The notes under the pieces: generated by a model
The model's database searches: none
The model's input: the letters and a program-made list of their open reading frames with translations, nothing else
Told to the model about the DNA's origin: nothing
NCBI GenBank assembly: GCA_965224085.1
Contig: CBDCYI010000005.1
Span: 1,504,001-1,568,000 of the forward strand
From: Candidatus Marinacidobacterales bacterium
Lineage (GTDB): Bacteria; Acidobacteriota; Vicinamibacteria; Marinacidobacterales; SMYC01
DNA length: 64,000 bases
Direction: 5' to 3'
Shown here: positions 41,060 through 51,256 of the stretch, one piece after another
Position numbering within the stretch: position 1 is the first letter of the stretch
Layout of the letters: every line of letters begins with the position of its first letter
Made by a program: the position numbers and the translations under genes

Positions 41060-43288
41060 TCACGCCCGCGCTTCGACGGGTGCTCCGTCGTCACGCGCCG
41101 CAGTGACTTCTCCGATGTCGGTCAAGTTAGAGAGCCTGGCAAAAGCTGCGCCGACCCGGTCAGCTGGCAGGCCGAATAAAAGCCCTCCCGAAGTCTGGGG
41201 GTCGAACAGAAGCTCGAGCCGCGGGTCTTTCTGCGCGTCCGGACGGATGATGATGCCCTTTTTGGCCTTCTCGTTTTCCGGATGGAAGGTGCTGCGGAAC
41301 CCCTGGGCCAAGAGCTCGACGGTGCCGGGGAGCGCGGGGAGTTGCGAAACGTCGAGCACTGCGCTGACGCCGCTCGCGCGCAACATCTCGGCGAGATGCC
41401 CCATGAGCCCGAAGCCGGTGATGTCGGTGACCGCTTTCGCACCGAGCTCGACCGCGATCCGCGCGGCTTCGGCGTTGCTCGAGAGCATCGTATCGATCGT
41501 CGCTTGGAGCCAGGGTCCCGAGACACGACCTTGCATATCGGCGTGGAGCAAGACGCCTGTCCCGAGGCTCTTGGTGAGCAAGAGGCGGTTGCCCACCTCC
41601 AAACCATCGATAGCGAGAAGGTGCTCACCGGCGTAGCCGTCGACGGTGAAGCCGACGATGAGCTCCGTCGCCGTCGTCGTGTGGCCGCCTAGTAGCGTAA
41701 TGCCTTCCGGATCGAAAACAGCGCGCGCGCCCGCAAGGACTTGATAGAGAATGTCCTCCGCTTGATCGGGCGGCGCATCCTTGGGGATGGCGACGATGGC
41801 GAGCGCGTAGCGAGGCTTAGCCCCAGTGGCGTAGAGATCCGAGACCGAGTTGATAGCCGCGACGCGTCCGACGAGGTACGGGTCGTCGAAAAACGCACGG
41901 AAGGCATCGACGCTCGAGACGATGACATCGCCTTTGGGGGTCTCGTAGGCCGCAGCGTCGTCCGGCTCTTCGAGTCCGAGCTTCACCGTCTTGTCCGGGC
42001 GCCGTTGGTCGAGCCGGCCGAGCGCGCGCTCGAGAACACTCTGGCCGACTTTCGCCGCGCAGCCGCCGCAGAGCATCTCCATCTCTTTCGACATGTCCGG
42101 AAGCTTTTCGAACGCGTCGGTCATGGCCCCTTCACGATTCAAGACCTGGAAGCGTGTCATGAAGCGGCGGTCGATCCAGTCCTTGAGATCCATCACCCAC
42201 TTGCCTTCGAACGAGCGTCCCCATTTCGCGCCGAGTGCTCTGCCGTCGCCGAGATTCAACAGCGTGAGGAAATCTCCCTGCGGCCGATAAGCTTTGACCG
42301 GCCGCCCTGCGATCCGCGCGCGAAGGTTGTCGATGAGATAGGGTCCCTGTCGCACCGCGTAGACGCCCGCTTTCGGCGTTTTCGGGTAATCGTTCATCGT
42401 GGCGCAATCGCCGACGGCAAAGAGATCGTCGTAGCCTTCGACTTGGAGCGTCGAGCGCGTGCGGATGAAACCGCGCTCTTCGACGGGAAGGTCGGAGGCG
42501 CGCGAGAATGGATGGCTCACCGCGCCGGTGACCCAGACGAGGGCGTCGTAGGGCATCGTCTCGCCGTTGTCGAAGATAACGCTCGCGGGGGTCGCCTCCG
42601 CAGCGCGGCGGTTCCCGACGATGGTGATGTGGCGCGTCTCGGCGTTTCTGTAGACGCGGTCGATGAGGCTCTGCGGGTAGCCTGCGAGCACCTGGTCGAG
42701 AGCATGTACCAGGGTCATCTGAATCGCCCGATCGTGACGCGCAGCGACGCGCTCCCAAAGCGTGAACATGAGCTCGACGCCCCCCGCTCCCCCGCCGACG
42801 ATCACGATGTGAAAAGGCGAGCCCGCCGCTCGGCTGCGAACTTTCTCGACGAGGGCGTCGGTCTGGCGGACAAGATCCACAATCGGACGCGTCGCGACGG
42901 CGTGCTCGCGAACGCCCGGTAGGTCCAACCCCGCCACGGTCGAGCCGATATCCACCGAGGCCACGTCGTAGCGGATCGGAGGACGATCCTCGAGATATAT
43001 GAGGCGTTTGTCGGCATCCAGGCGGGTCGCGGCCGAAAGTATGACGCGCGCCATCGCGCGGCGGGCGAGCGGGACGACGTCGATCTCGAGCTCTTCGGCG
43101 CGATATTGGCCGGCAACGAAACCGGGCACCATGCCGGAATAAACGGCGACGGGATGGTCGACCACGACGGTCAGGTGCGTCAAAGGTGGAGGCTTCATCG
43201 CGAAGCGGCGGATCACTTGCACATGCGAGTGGCCGCCTCCGACAAGCACTAGCTCGGTCTGCGGGTAGGTGTTTTTCTGCTTCGACAA
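41060..43288 (-). CDS. selD: Selenide,water dikinase fused to an N-terminal NADH dehydrogenase-like FAD domain
   Basis: LVGGGHSH, YSGMVPG, GGGAGG, PKAGVYAVRQG; then CGGCAAKV, DDAA, TDITGFGL.GH, DPQTSGGLL. Confidence 0.93.
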   Translation of the reverse strand: MSKQKNTYPQTELVLVGGGHSHVQVIRRFAMKPPPLTHLTVVVDHPVAVYSGMVPGFVAGQYRAEELEIDVVPLARRAMARVILSAATRLDADKRLIYLEDRPPIRYDVASVDIGSTVAGLDLPGVREHAVATRPIVDLVRQTDALVEKVRSRAAGSPFHIVIVGGGAGGVELMFTLWERVAARHDRAIQMTLVHALDQVLAGYPQSLIDRVYRNAETRHITIVGNRRAAEATPASVIFDNGETMPYDALVWVTGAVSHPFSRASDLPVEERGFIRTRSTLQVEGYDDLFAVGDCATMNDYPKTPKAGVYAVRQGPYLIDNLRARIAGRPVKAYRPQGDFLTLLNLGDGRALGAKWGRSFEGKWVMDLKDWIDRRFMTRFQVLNREGAMTDAFEKLPDMSKEMEMLCGGCAAKVGQSVLERALGRLDQRRPDKTVKLGLEEPDDAAAYETPKGDVIVSSVDAFRAFFDDPYLVGRVAAINSVSDLYATGAKPRYALAIVAIPKDAPPDQAEDILYQVLAGARAVFDPEGITLLGGHTTTATELIVGFTVDGYAGEHLLAIDGLEVGNRLLLTKSLGTGVLLHADMQGRVSGPWLQATIDTMLSSNAEAARIAVELGAKAVTDITGFGLMGHLAEMLRASGVSAVLDVSQLPALPGTVELLAQGFRSTFHPENEKAKKGIIIRPDAQKDPRLELLFDPQTSGGLLFGLPADRVGAAFARLSNLTDIGEVTAARDDGAPVEARA

Positions 43289-43394
43289 AACGGACTTATT
43301 GTATCGCTCTTGAACGCGACCGTCCGCATAGCGCTCGGCGCCGAGGTAAGACCCATGGCAGCGCTTCGCGAAGACTGAGCTAATCTAGGACTTA

Positions 43395-44072
43395 ATGGCC
43401 TACCCGCCAATCCCGTACGCCCAATTGGAAACGGTGTTCCTCGACGTCGGGAACACCCTCGTCTCGATGGACTATGCCTGGATTTTGGACGAGCTCGCGA
43501 AACGCGGCGTCGACGTGTCTTTCGAAACCTTGAAGCGCGCTGAAGCGGCGTCGCGGCCCGCACTATCGCGGTCTATCGCAAGTGAGGCGTCGACGGAGGA
43601 TCTCACGACGTTCGAGCTCTACTTGAAGCTGATCGTAGCGAACCTCGGCGTCGCGCCCAAGCGGAGTGCGGTTCTCGTTCGCGAGCTCGTTCCTGTCTTT
43701 CGCGGTCCGGGGCGCGAGAAGCTCTGGAGCACCGTGTTACCGGGCGTTCCCGAAGCGCTCGAAGAGCTGAAGGCACTCGGTTTGCGCCTCGTCGTCGTCA
43801 GTAATTCCGACGGCTCCGTGGAACGGATCCTCATCAACCTCGGGCTGCGCCCCTATCTCGAGCGGGTGTTCGATTCTCATATCGTCGGCTTCGAGAAGCC
43901 CGACCCGCGATTATTTCAGCACGCGCTCGAGGCGATCGGTGCGAAAGCAGAGACGACGTTGCACATCGGGGATCTCTACTCCGCGGATATCGAAGGGGGT
44001 CGCGCTGCGGGCGTTCACACGGCGCTCGTCGATCCTTTCGACGACTGGAAAGGCGTGGACTGCACACGGTTT
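43395..44072 (+). CDS. HAD-family hydrolase with its 3' end replaced by IS sequence
   Basis: FLDVGNTL, VVSNSD, KPDP, HIGD..DI.G; the ORF reads on into the transposase region to 44417. Confidence 0.85.
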
Positions 44073-45456
44073 CGCGAGCGATGTTGGTCGTGGGGGAATG
44101 AGCGCGGAGCAGGTTCTCCGGGCGTTGTTGGTCAAGCAGCTGAATCAGTTCACCTATCGGGAGCTGGCGTTTCACTTGGCAGACTCTCGAAGCTATCGGA
44201 CGTTTTGCCAGCTCGGCATCATAGAGCCGAGCCCGTCGAAGTCGACCCTAGCAGCAAACATCAAAGCCGTGAAGTTCGAAACGCTGGAGAAAATCAACCG
44301 AGAGTTGGTGAGTGTTGCCGAGAAGACCGCGATCGAAAAAGGAAGAAAAGTACGAGTGGACTGCACGGTAGTGGAGTCGAATATTCATTCTCCTACGGAC
44401 TCCGAGCTTCTTTATGACTGCGTCCGAGTTCTCACTCGCCTCATGTGCCGAACTCGCGAACTGCTGGGTACAGTAGTGGTCTTCGGCAATCGAACGCGTC
44501 GAGCGAAGAGACGTCGACTGGGAGTTCTAAACGCGAAGGATAAGGAACAAAGGCGTCGCGTTCTATCGAGATCTACTGAAGGTGTCGGAAGAAACCTATC
44601 GCTCCGCTCAACGCGTTGCAGACCAGTTGGACGAGTCCGGCTTGACCGAGCCGGTGAAGCGAGCGAGTGCGGAGAAGATCGCCGCGGATTTTAAGCACTT
44701 TCTCGTCCTCACCGAAAAAGTCATCAACCAAACTCGGCGTAGAGTGATTGATGAAGAGCGTGTGCCTGCGGAGGAAAAGGTCGTTTCGATCTTCGAAGAA
44801 CACACCGACATTATTCGCAAAGACCGGCGCGAGACTCTCTACGGTCACAAGGTGTGTTTGACTGGTGGCTCGTCCTCGATGATTTTGGATTGCGTGATCT
44901 TGGATGGGAATCCGTCCGATTCAACTCTCGCGGAAACCATGATCGACCGTCAAGTCGAACTCTACGAACGGGCCCCGCGCCAGGTTGCCTACGATGGCGC
45001 GTTTTCTTCAAAGGCAAACTTGGAAGCCATCAAAGGCAAGGGAGTTGAAGATGTTGCCTTTACCAAGGCTCACTTCGCGGTGACCGATATGGTCAAGAGT
45101 TCCTGGGTCTATCAACGCCTACGGCGATTTCGCTGCGGAATCGAAGGCGTCATTTCGTTCTTGAAACGAGTCTTTGGTCTCGACCGATGCACATGGCGCT
45201 CATTGCCTTCTTTCAAATCCTACGTATGGAGTTCCATCATCACCTGCAACCTGTTGGTAATGGCAAGGCACCTATTACGATAATAATGATTACTCTTACT
45301 GCGTTTATAGCCATGGATTGCTGACGATTCGCCTCTCGTTTCGTCCAAGATTTTCATTCGCTTCCGAGCCTACGAGGTGCCGGCTGAAAACGTATAATAC
45401 CCACATCTTCGATAGGCCTCTCGTACACCACAAGTTATGGTGTTTCTGGACAGGAA
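44073..45456 (+). mobile_element. ISNCY/IS5-like element, 5'-truncated, transposase frameshifted near 44565 and ending at 45283
   Basis: GMSAEQVLRALLVKQ, RVDCTVVESNIHSPTDS, KVVSIFEEHTDII, DGAF, GIEGVISFLKR; probable right end GTTTCTGGACAGGAA followed by CTAG. Confidence 0.8.
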
Positions 45457-45648
45457 CTAGCTAGAGCCTGTTGCAAAACGTAACCGCTTTCACCGTTGGT
45501 TTCAATCCGCGTCCAATCGGGCAGCTGACAGATCTGTGATTTGCCGGCGCCAAACGCGCCTGGATCGATCCGCAAGAATTTTCCCAACTATTTTGTATTT
45601 GGTCGTTTTTTTCTTGACTTGTAGCCTAAGGGATGATATTTATTAGGC

Positions 45649-47090
45649 GTTATAGGGACCGTTACCAGGCAGTCCGCCCTCTTCTACGTCAACTTCTCCA
45701 AACAGGCGTCGCTCATCAAGGATGATCTACTCGAACCCGTCGACACGCTCCTCGAGGACCCCGAGCTGATAGAACTGACGAGAGAATCGCTCGCTGGTCG
45801 TTTCCCGCTCTCACCGCGTACCGGCCGGGTGAGTATCGCGCCTGACCGCTTGCTCCGCAGCTGTGTACTCAAGCACATCAAAGGATGGTCCTTCCGAGTC
45901 CTCGAGCGGGAGATCCGTTCTAGCCTCGTGTATCGGCGCTTCACTCGCTTCGACGACGATTCGATTCCCAACTACTCCACATTCAGTCGCAACTTTTCCC
46001 TACTCGGTGATGCGTTCGTAGAGAAAATCCATGCCCGTGTGGTCGCTCAGGCTCGAGACGAAAAGGTGGCTACGGGACGCAAGTTACGCACGGATACGAC
46101 GGTAGTGGAGAGCAACATCCATTACCCCACAGATAGCTCACTGCTTGCCGATGGCATCCGGGTGCTCACCCGTAGTCTGAAGTGTATTGCAAAGGCTTGT
46201 GCTCAAGGTGCGCTCAAGGTGGTGGACCACAGCCGATCAACGAAAAACAGGCAGCTTGAGATCGACCGCGCCAGCAAGTCGTTCACCGAATCGAGCCAAG
46301 TCAAGTTCAAGCAAAGTTATCGCAAGCTCATGGGCACGGCGCGCAGCGTGGTCCGGCAAGCCGACGAGGTTATTCAGTCGCTCAAGAGCGGAAAGCTTCC
46401 GGTCGTGGGTTCGCTGGTGAGCATCATAAGCAATCAGAGCCAACTCGAACATTATCTGCCACTGTGCAAAAAGGTGTTAGCTCAGACAAAGGCCCGTGTT
46501 TTAGGGGGCCATCGTCACCATCCGGACAAGATCGTCAGCCTGTTCGAGGAGCATACGGCCGTGATCCGAAAAGGCAAAACATGGAAGCCGACCGAGTTTG
46601 GACGACTCGTGCGAATTGATGAGGTGGAGAACGGCATTGTTAGCCACTACGAAGTTGCCGCAGGCAATCCGGCGGACCAAACTCAGTGGATGCCCGCGCT
46701 GGAGCAACACAAAAAACAGTTCGCTCGTGCGCCGGAGATGGCGACCGCTGACCGCGGATTCTTTTCGGCAGACAATGAACGCAAGGCCATAGATCTCGGT
46801 GTAAAGAAAGTGGTGTTGCCGGCTCGAGGACGACCCTCGAAAAAACGAGCCAAGGTTCAAAAAAAGCGCTGGTTCCGTCGAGCCCTCAAGTGGCGCGGGG
46901 GCGTCGAGTCCCGCATCAGCACCCTCAAGCACCGCTTCGCTATGCTTCGCGCCACCTACAAGGGCGACCGAGGATTCAAGCGTTACGTCGGGTGGTGCGT
47001 TATCAGCCAAAACCTCATATCGATCGCTCGAGTCAAGCGGCGAAGAAAGGACAGCGAAAATGCCGAACCCTTCATTCCGATCCACGTAAA
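45649..47090 (+). CDS. DDE transposase; start codon non-canonical and 3' end affected by a frameshift
   Basis: Frame open from about 45649 (IGTVTRQ..DDLLEPVD); RTDTTVVESNIHYPTDS, TEFG, ADRGF, GVESRISTLK. Confidence 0.85.
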
Positions 47091-47405
47091 CGTCGGGACC
47101 AGCTCCTACAACAGATTCAACAATATGCGCGAAGGGCGATCTTCGGCACACCCTCCGAAACCTATCGTACCTGCGGTACGCCCACTTGTCGGTGCCACGG
47201 GCCCGGGCCAAAGCATGGCCCTCACCTCTATATCAATTTTCGTGGCAAGCACGGCAAGACTACCGGCTACTATGTGCCCCAAGCCGCACACAAGCGTATC
47301 CGCGAAGGCGTCGCCGCATGGCAGAGCTTGCAGGATTGTCTGCGAGAACTCGCGGACATCAACAAGCAAAATACGCTCGACCGTGCCCGACAGGCGCGTT
47401 CCTAA
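47060..47405 (+). CDS. DUF6788-like IS accessory protein, frameshift near 47083
   Basis: GTPSETYRTCGTPTCRCH..HGPHLY; ATG 47060 is out of frame with the body. Confidence 0.7.
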
Positions 47406-47491
47406 CAAGCAGTACAACCAACGGCCTCACTCCTGTGCTCAAACAAATGAACGCCTTGACGCTAAACGGGCTTTTGCAACAGCCTCTAGCT

Positions 47492-47625
47492 AGCAGGGTG
47501 CTGAAAAACTCATCTGCACCCTGCTGCTCGCAACGCTCCCCCGGCCCGACAGGGCCGACAGCGGAAAGCCGAGCGAAGAGCGAGGCGTCAAGCGCGCTCA
47601 CGAGGAGTGAGCGCGCACTGAGCAC
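47492..47625 (+). repeat. Structured intergenic repeat (REP/MITE-like), copy 1
   Basis: Hairpins AGCAGGGTGC/GCACCCTGCT and CGGCCC-GACA-GGGCCG; homologous to 50292-50439 on the minus strand. Confidence 0.75.
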
Positions 47626-47690
47626 GAGAGACGCACTCGCAGTCGATCTCGCCCTCGTTCTGCGTGTAGAGTAGCGGACTATAGGAGGAA

Positions 47691-48155
47691 ATGATGCGAA
47701 ACCTTACGATAGCTGCTCTCGCCGTCGTTTTGATCGCTGGCTTTGCCGTTCTCACGGTCGAGGAGACCCGCGGCGCCACAGAGCACAAGTTCATGAACGT
47801 CCCGGGCCGTAGTGACAACAACCCTTACAGCAACGCCGTTCTCGTGGGCGACACGCTCTACCTCGCCGGGTCCATCGGCATCGACGCCGCAACCGGGGCG
47901 CCGCCGCCGAAGATCGAGGACGAAGTGCGGATCGTCATGGACGGGATGAAGGCACGGCTCGAAATGGCCGGCATGTCCATGAGCGACCTCGTGATGGTGA
48001 ACGTCCACTGCCCCGATTTATCGCTCTATGGTGCGTTCAACGACGTCTACCGCACCTATTTCGACGATCACTTCCCGGCGCGCGCATTTCTGGGCTCGGG
48101 CCCGCTCCTAGCGAACGGTCACTTCGAAGTCACGGGCATCGCGGTCAAACCATAA
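47691..48155 (+). CDS. RidA/YjgF-family protein with an N-terminal signal peptide
   Basis: PYSNAVLVGDTLYLAG, FNDVYRTYF..PAR, FEVTGIA; AGGAGG RBS. Confidence 0.88.
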   Translation: MMRNLTIAALAVVLIAGFAVLTVEETRGATEHKFMNVPGRSDNNPYSNAVLVGDTLYLAGSIGIDAATGAPPPKIEDEVRIVMDGMKARLEMAGMSMSDLVMVNVHCPDLSLYGAFNDVYRTYFDDHFPARAFLGSGPLLANGHFEVTGIAVKP

Positions 48156-48159
48156 AAAC

Positions 48160-48313
48160 GCCAAAAGGGGAGGAAGAAAACGTCGAGGAAGATTCTGAGG
48201 ATCGCGAGACTCTCGGGGGGTTGCGGCTCGAACGAGAGCGTCCACCAACGCTCCCTACTGCTTTGCGCGAGCTGAGTCAAGCTCGAGGCTGCGGTTGGTG
48301 CGTTCAGAGACAC
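48160..48313 (-). pseudogene. Possible N-terminal remnant of an HTTM-like membrane protein
   Basis: WWTLSFEPQPPESLAILRIF resembles HTTM N-termini; weak match. Confidence 0.3.
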
Positions 48314-48371
48314 GGTTCGTCTCGCGACAGATGATAAGCCACGAGGCGGCCGACGCTATACCGCTAAACGC

Positions 48372-48400
48372 AAAAGGGGCCCGACCTTTCGGCCGAGCCC
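48372..48400 (-). terminator. Intrinsic terminator after the PEP-CTERM gene
   Basis: Minus strand GGGCTCGGCC-GAAA-GGTCGGGCCC followed by CTTTT. Confidence 0.7.
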
Positions 48401-48427
48401 ATTGATTGTTGATTGGACGCGAAAACT

Positions 48428-49006
48428 TTAGCGGCGTCTCGCTCGCGCGAGCCCCACGAGTGCGGTTCCGAGAAGCAGCATCGTAGCAGGCTCCGGGACT
48501 CCCGGCCCAGGCCCCGGCCCAGGAAAAGTCGGGAACTGGTTCAGCGCGAAGAGGCCACCGCGGGCAGCCGCGACGTTGACCGTGATGATGACGTCCGTCA
48601 TCTGGCCACCGCCGGATGACACGGTGCCCATATCGACATCGGCGGTGGTCACACCCAAATTCCCGTTGGTAAAAGGCGCAAACCCGGTAATGCTAACAAA
48701 AGTAACGTTGCCTGACTCTTCCGTGAGAAACCAGTGGAAATCGCTCCAGTCGAAATCATCCATGTTGGTGATCGTTTCGGTGATGACGTAATTGCCGCCT
48801 GTGTCGACATCGAGGGTCAGCGACATCTCACCGTCCTCGTCATACGATTTCGTACCGGTGCATGTGAATCCACCTAGGGGGCAATCCGCACTAAACGATC
48901 CGATATTCCCGTTAAAGGCTGAGAAACCCGTAATGCCCGCCACCGCGGTGCCTGGCAACGCCAAAGCTAAGAGCAAGATTGCCAAATACTTATAGCTGAA
49001 TCTCAT
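48428..49006 (-). CDS. PEP-CTERM sorting-domain protein
   Basis: Signal peptide; PGPGPGPG linker; VPEPATMLLLGTALVGLARARRR. Confidence 0.93.
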   Translation of the reverse strand: MRFSYKYLAILLLALALPGTAVAGITGFSAFNGNIGSFSADCPLGGFTCTGTKSYDEDGEMSLTLDVDTGGNYVITETITNMDDFDWSDFHWFLTEESGNVTFVSITGFAPFTNGNLGVTTADVDMGTVSSGGGQMTDVIITVNVAAARGGLFALNQFPTFPGPGPGPGVPEPATMLLLGTALVGLARARRR

Positions 49007-49115
49007 TTCGATGTCCCCTCTGACTCGCGGTCGGGGCCGCGGCCTTGATGTTTTCCCTGAAGCATGACCCCTTTTCCTTGTTCCGCACCTTTGGCAGCGG
49101 CTCGCCGTTTAGTAA

Positions 49116-49212
49116 TGCAATGACGGTACCAAACTGGTTAGTGCCTTTGTAATCAATAGCTTAAAGGAGATTCGCGTCGATACTTCGCTAGAAGACGTAA
49201 GTTTTTCCGACA
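49116..49212 (-). promoter_or_regulatory. Sigma-54 promoter with IHF site and enhancer-like box for the PEP-CTERM gene
   Basis: Minus TGGTACC-GTCA-TTGCA (49116-49131); AATCAATAGCTTA matches IHF consensus WATCAANNNNTTR (49151-49163); CGT-N11-ACA box (49196-49212). Confidence 0.75.
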
Positions 49213-49296
49213 CCCATTCAAATGCAACTCAACGCAAACACTTTGTTTTCATCAAATTAAGAAATTAGGGGCTTTCCGTAACGAGAACCGACAGCT

Positions 49297-50283
49297 TCAC
49301 CGGAGGACGTCGTCCTGGTAGGCGTAGAGCGCTGGAGAGCCGCCAGTATGGAGAAAAAGGACGTTTTCGTCCTCTTTCAGGAAGCCTTTTCGCGTCAGGT
49401 CGACCAGACCGGCCATCGTTTTTCCCGTATAGACTGGATCCAGCAGAATACCTTCGAGCCTCGCGAGCATCTGCACCGCTTCGGCCATCTCCGGAGTCGG
49501 CCGGGAATACCCGGGGCCGACATACTCGTCGAAGCACAAAATGGCCGTGCTTGGGATCGCTCCGCGGCCGACCCGCTCGGCAGTGGCCTCGACGAGACCG
49601 TACACGAGCTCCTCTTGGGCGTCCTTCGGCCGGCTGACGTCGATGCCGACGACAGGGATGTCGCCATAGAGGCCGGTGACGAGGCCAGCGTGCGTTCCCG
49701 AGCTTCCGCTTGCGGTGACGACGCGGTCGATCTGAAGCCCCTCCTCGAACGTTTGCGTCAGGATCTCCTGAGCGCAGGCCACGTAGCCGGTGGCGCCGAT
49801 GGGGTTGGAGCCGCCACCCGGTATGACATAGGGCTTGTGTCCCGCGGATGCGACTTCGCCAGCCACCGCCTCCATCTCCGCCGTCATGTCCGAGCCCGCC
49901 GGGACGACACGGACCGATTCCACGCCCAGCAAACGAAATAGAAAGTTATTGCCGCTCGCGTCCTCGGAATAGCTTCCCGGCACCCGCTCTTCCAGCACGA
50001 GGCGGCATTTCATCCTCTCTTTCACCGCAGCGGACAAGGTCAAACGACAATGGTTGGATTGGACGGCGCCGCAAGTAACGAGCGTGTCCGCTCCCTGGGC
50101 GAGCGCATCGGCGACGAGGAACTCGAGCTTGCGCGTCTTGTTCCCGCCGCCGGCGAGGCCGAGCAAGTCGTCGCGCTTGATATAGATGGTCGGGCCGCCG
50201 AGCTCGGCGGAAAGTCGGGGTAGTTTTTCGATCGGGGTCCGGCCATTCGTGTAGCGGCGGCGTGGGAATCGGGCAAGATTCAT
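49297..50283 (-). CDS. dcyD: D-cysteine desulfhydrase (ACC deaminase family, PLP)
   Basis: KRDD..GGNKTRKLEFL, QSNHCR, GSSGTHAG, LDPVYTGK, FLHTGG. Confidence 0.92.
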   Translation of the reverse strand: MNLARFPRRRYTNGRTPIEKLPRLSAELGGPTIYIKRDDLLGLAGGGNKTRKLEFLVADALAQGADTLVTCGAVQSNHCRLTLSAAVKERMKCRLVLEERVPGSYSEDASGNNFLFRLLGVESVRVVPAGSDMTAEMEAVAGEVASAGHKPYVIPGGGSNPIGATGYVACAQEILTQTFEEGLQIDRVVTASGSSGTHAGLVTGLYGDIPVVGIDVSRPKDAQEELVYGLVEATAERVGRGAIPSTAILCFDEYVGPGYSRPTPEMAEAVQMLARLEGILLDPVYTGKTMAGLVDLTRKGFLKEDENVLFLHTGGSPALYAYQDDVLR

Positions 50284-50291
50284 CGTTCCTC

Positions 50292-50439
50292 CTAATGCTT
50301 AATGCTCGCTCTCTCTTGAACTTGCGCCGAGCTCGCCCGGCGTGCCATCGGCCCATTCGGGCCGGGCTCGCTCCGCTCGCAGCAGGGTGCAGCTGCCTTT
50401 CGTCAGCACCCTGCTAATGCTTAATGCTCGCACTCTCTT
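50292..50439 (-). repeat. Structured intergenic repeat, copy 2, flanked by 26-bp direct repeats
   Basis: CTAATGCTTAATGCTCGC(T/A)CTCTCTT at 50292-50317 and 50414-50439; same two hairpins as copy 1. Confidence 0.78.
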
Positions 50440-50486
50440 CGAGCATCGCTGAGTCGCCATCTTATCCGAATCCCGAAGCCACCTCC

Positions 50487-51203
50487 TTACTCGTAACGGA
50501 GCGCGCGTACGGGGCTCACGCTCGCGGCCCGCCGCGCCGGGATGTAGCTCGCCAGGGCGGCTACCCCGAGAAGGAACAAGGACAGGACGGCAAAGGTCGC
50601 CGGGTCATGACTCCCGACGCGAACAAGAGTGCCGTCATCCACCGCGTGGCGACCAAAGCCAAGGACACGCCTAGAGCCGCGATGTGCATCCCTTGAGCAA
50701 CGACCATGCGGCTCACGCCCGAGCGGTCCGCGCCGAGCGCCATGCGGATCCCGATCTCGCGCGTTCTCTGGCTCACGGGTCATCCTCTTGCTCGGTAAAG
50801 CTACGGCCAAGGAGTGGGGCTACGCCGAGCACTTCGAACAAAGACGCCGTCGCTGCCGCGGTGTCGATGCGGACAGACTCGCCGACTTCCGTCAAGCTCA
50901 TCGAAAAACCACCGTTCGACAGACCGACTTCCAAGAACGATTCCGCAAGCTCCCGATAGACGGTATAGGTCGCGTTGGACTGTTCGATCTGAGGGATGCC
51001 AATCCCGTGGCCGGTATGCCAAAGCCCGTAGAGCTCTTGCGGCCGCTCGAGGGGAAGCGGCGTGAGGAGCACCGCGTGCACGACGGTGAAATGGCGGTAT
51101 TGGCGCCGATCCCGAGAGCGAGGGTCAAGGCGATCGCGCTGAAACATGGGCTCCTCAGTAGTTTACGCCAGACGAGACTGAGCTGTTGGCCTATGGATAT
51201 CAT
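50487..51203 (-). pseudogene. ADOP permease with a large internal deletion and frameshifts
   Basis: N-terminus [20 protein letters not shown] joined near 50775 to the C-terminus [33 protein letters not shown]. Confidence 0.85.
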
Positions 51204-51256
51204 CGAGAAAGGAAACGGGAAAAACCTCGCGAAGGTTCCGCGAAAGGCGGCTCCAA

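Larger units (their letters stand above)
45465..47485 (+). mobile_element. IS element (ISNCY/IS5-like) with a passenger ORF
   Basis: TIRs AGCCTGTTGCAAAA / AGGCTGTTGCAAAA with one mismatch; CTAGCTAG on both flanks (45457-45464, 47486-47493). Confidence 0.88.
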
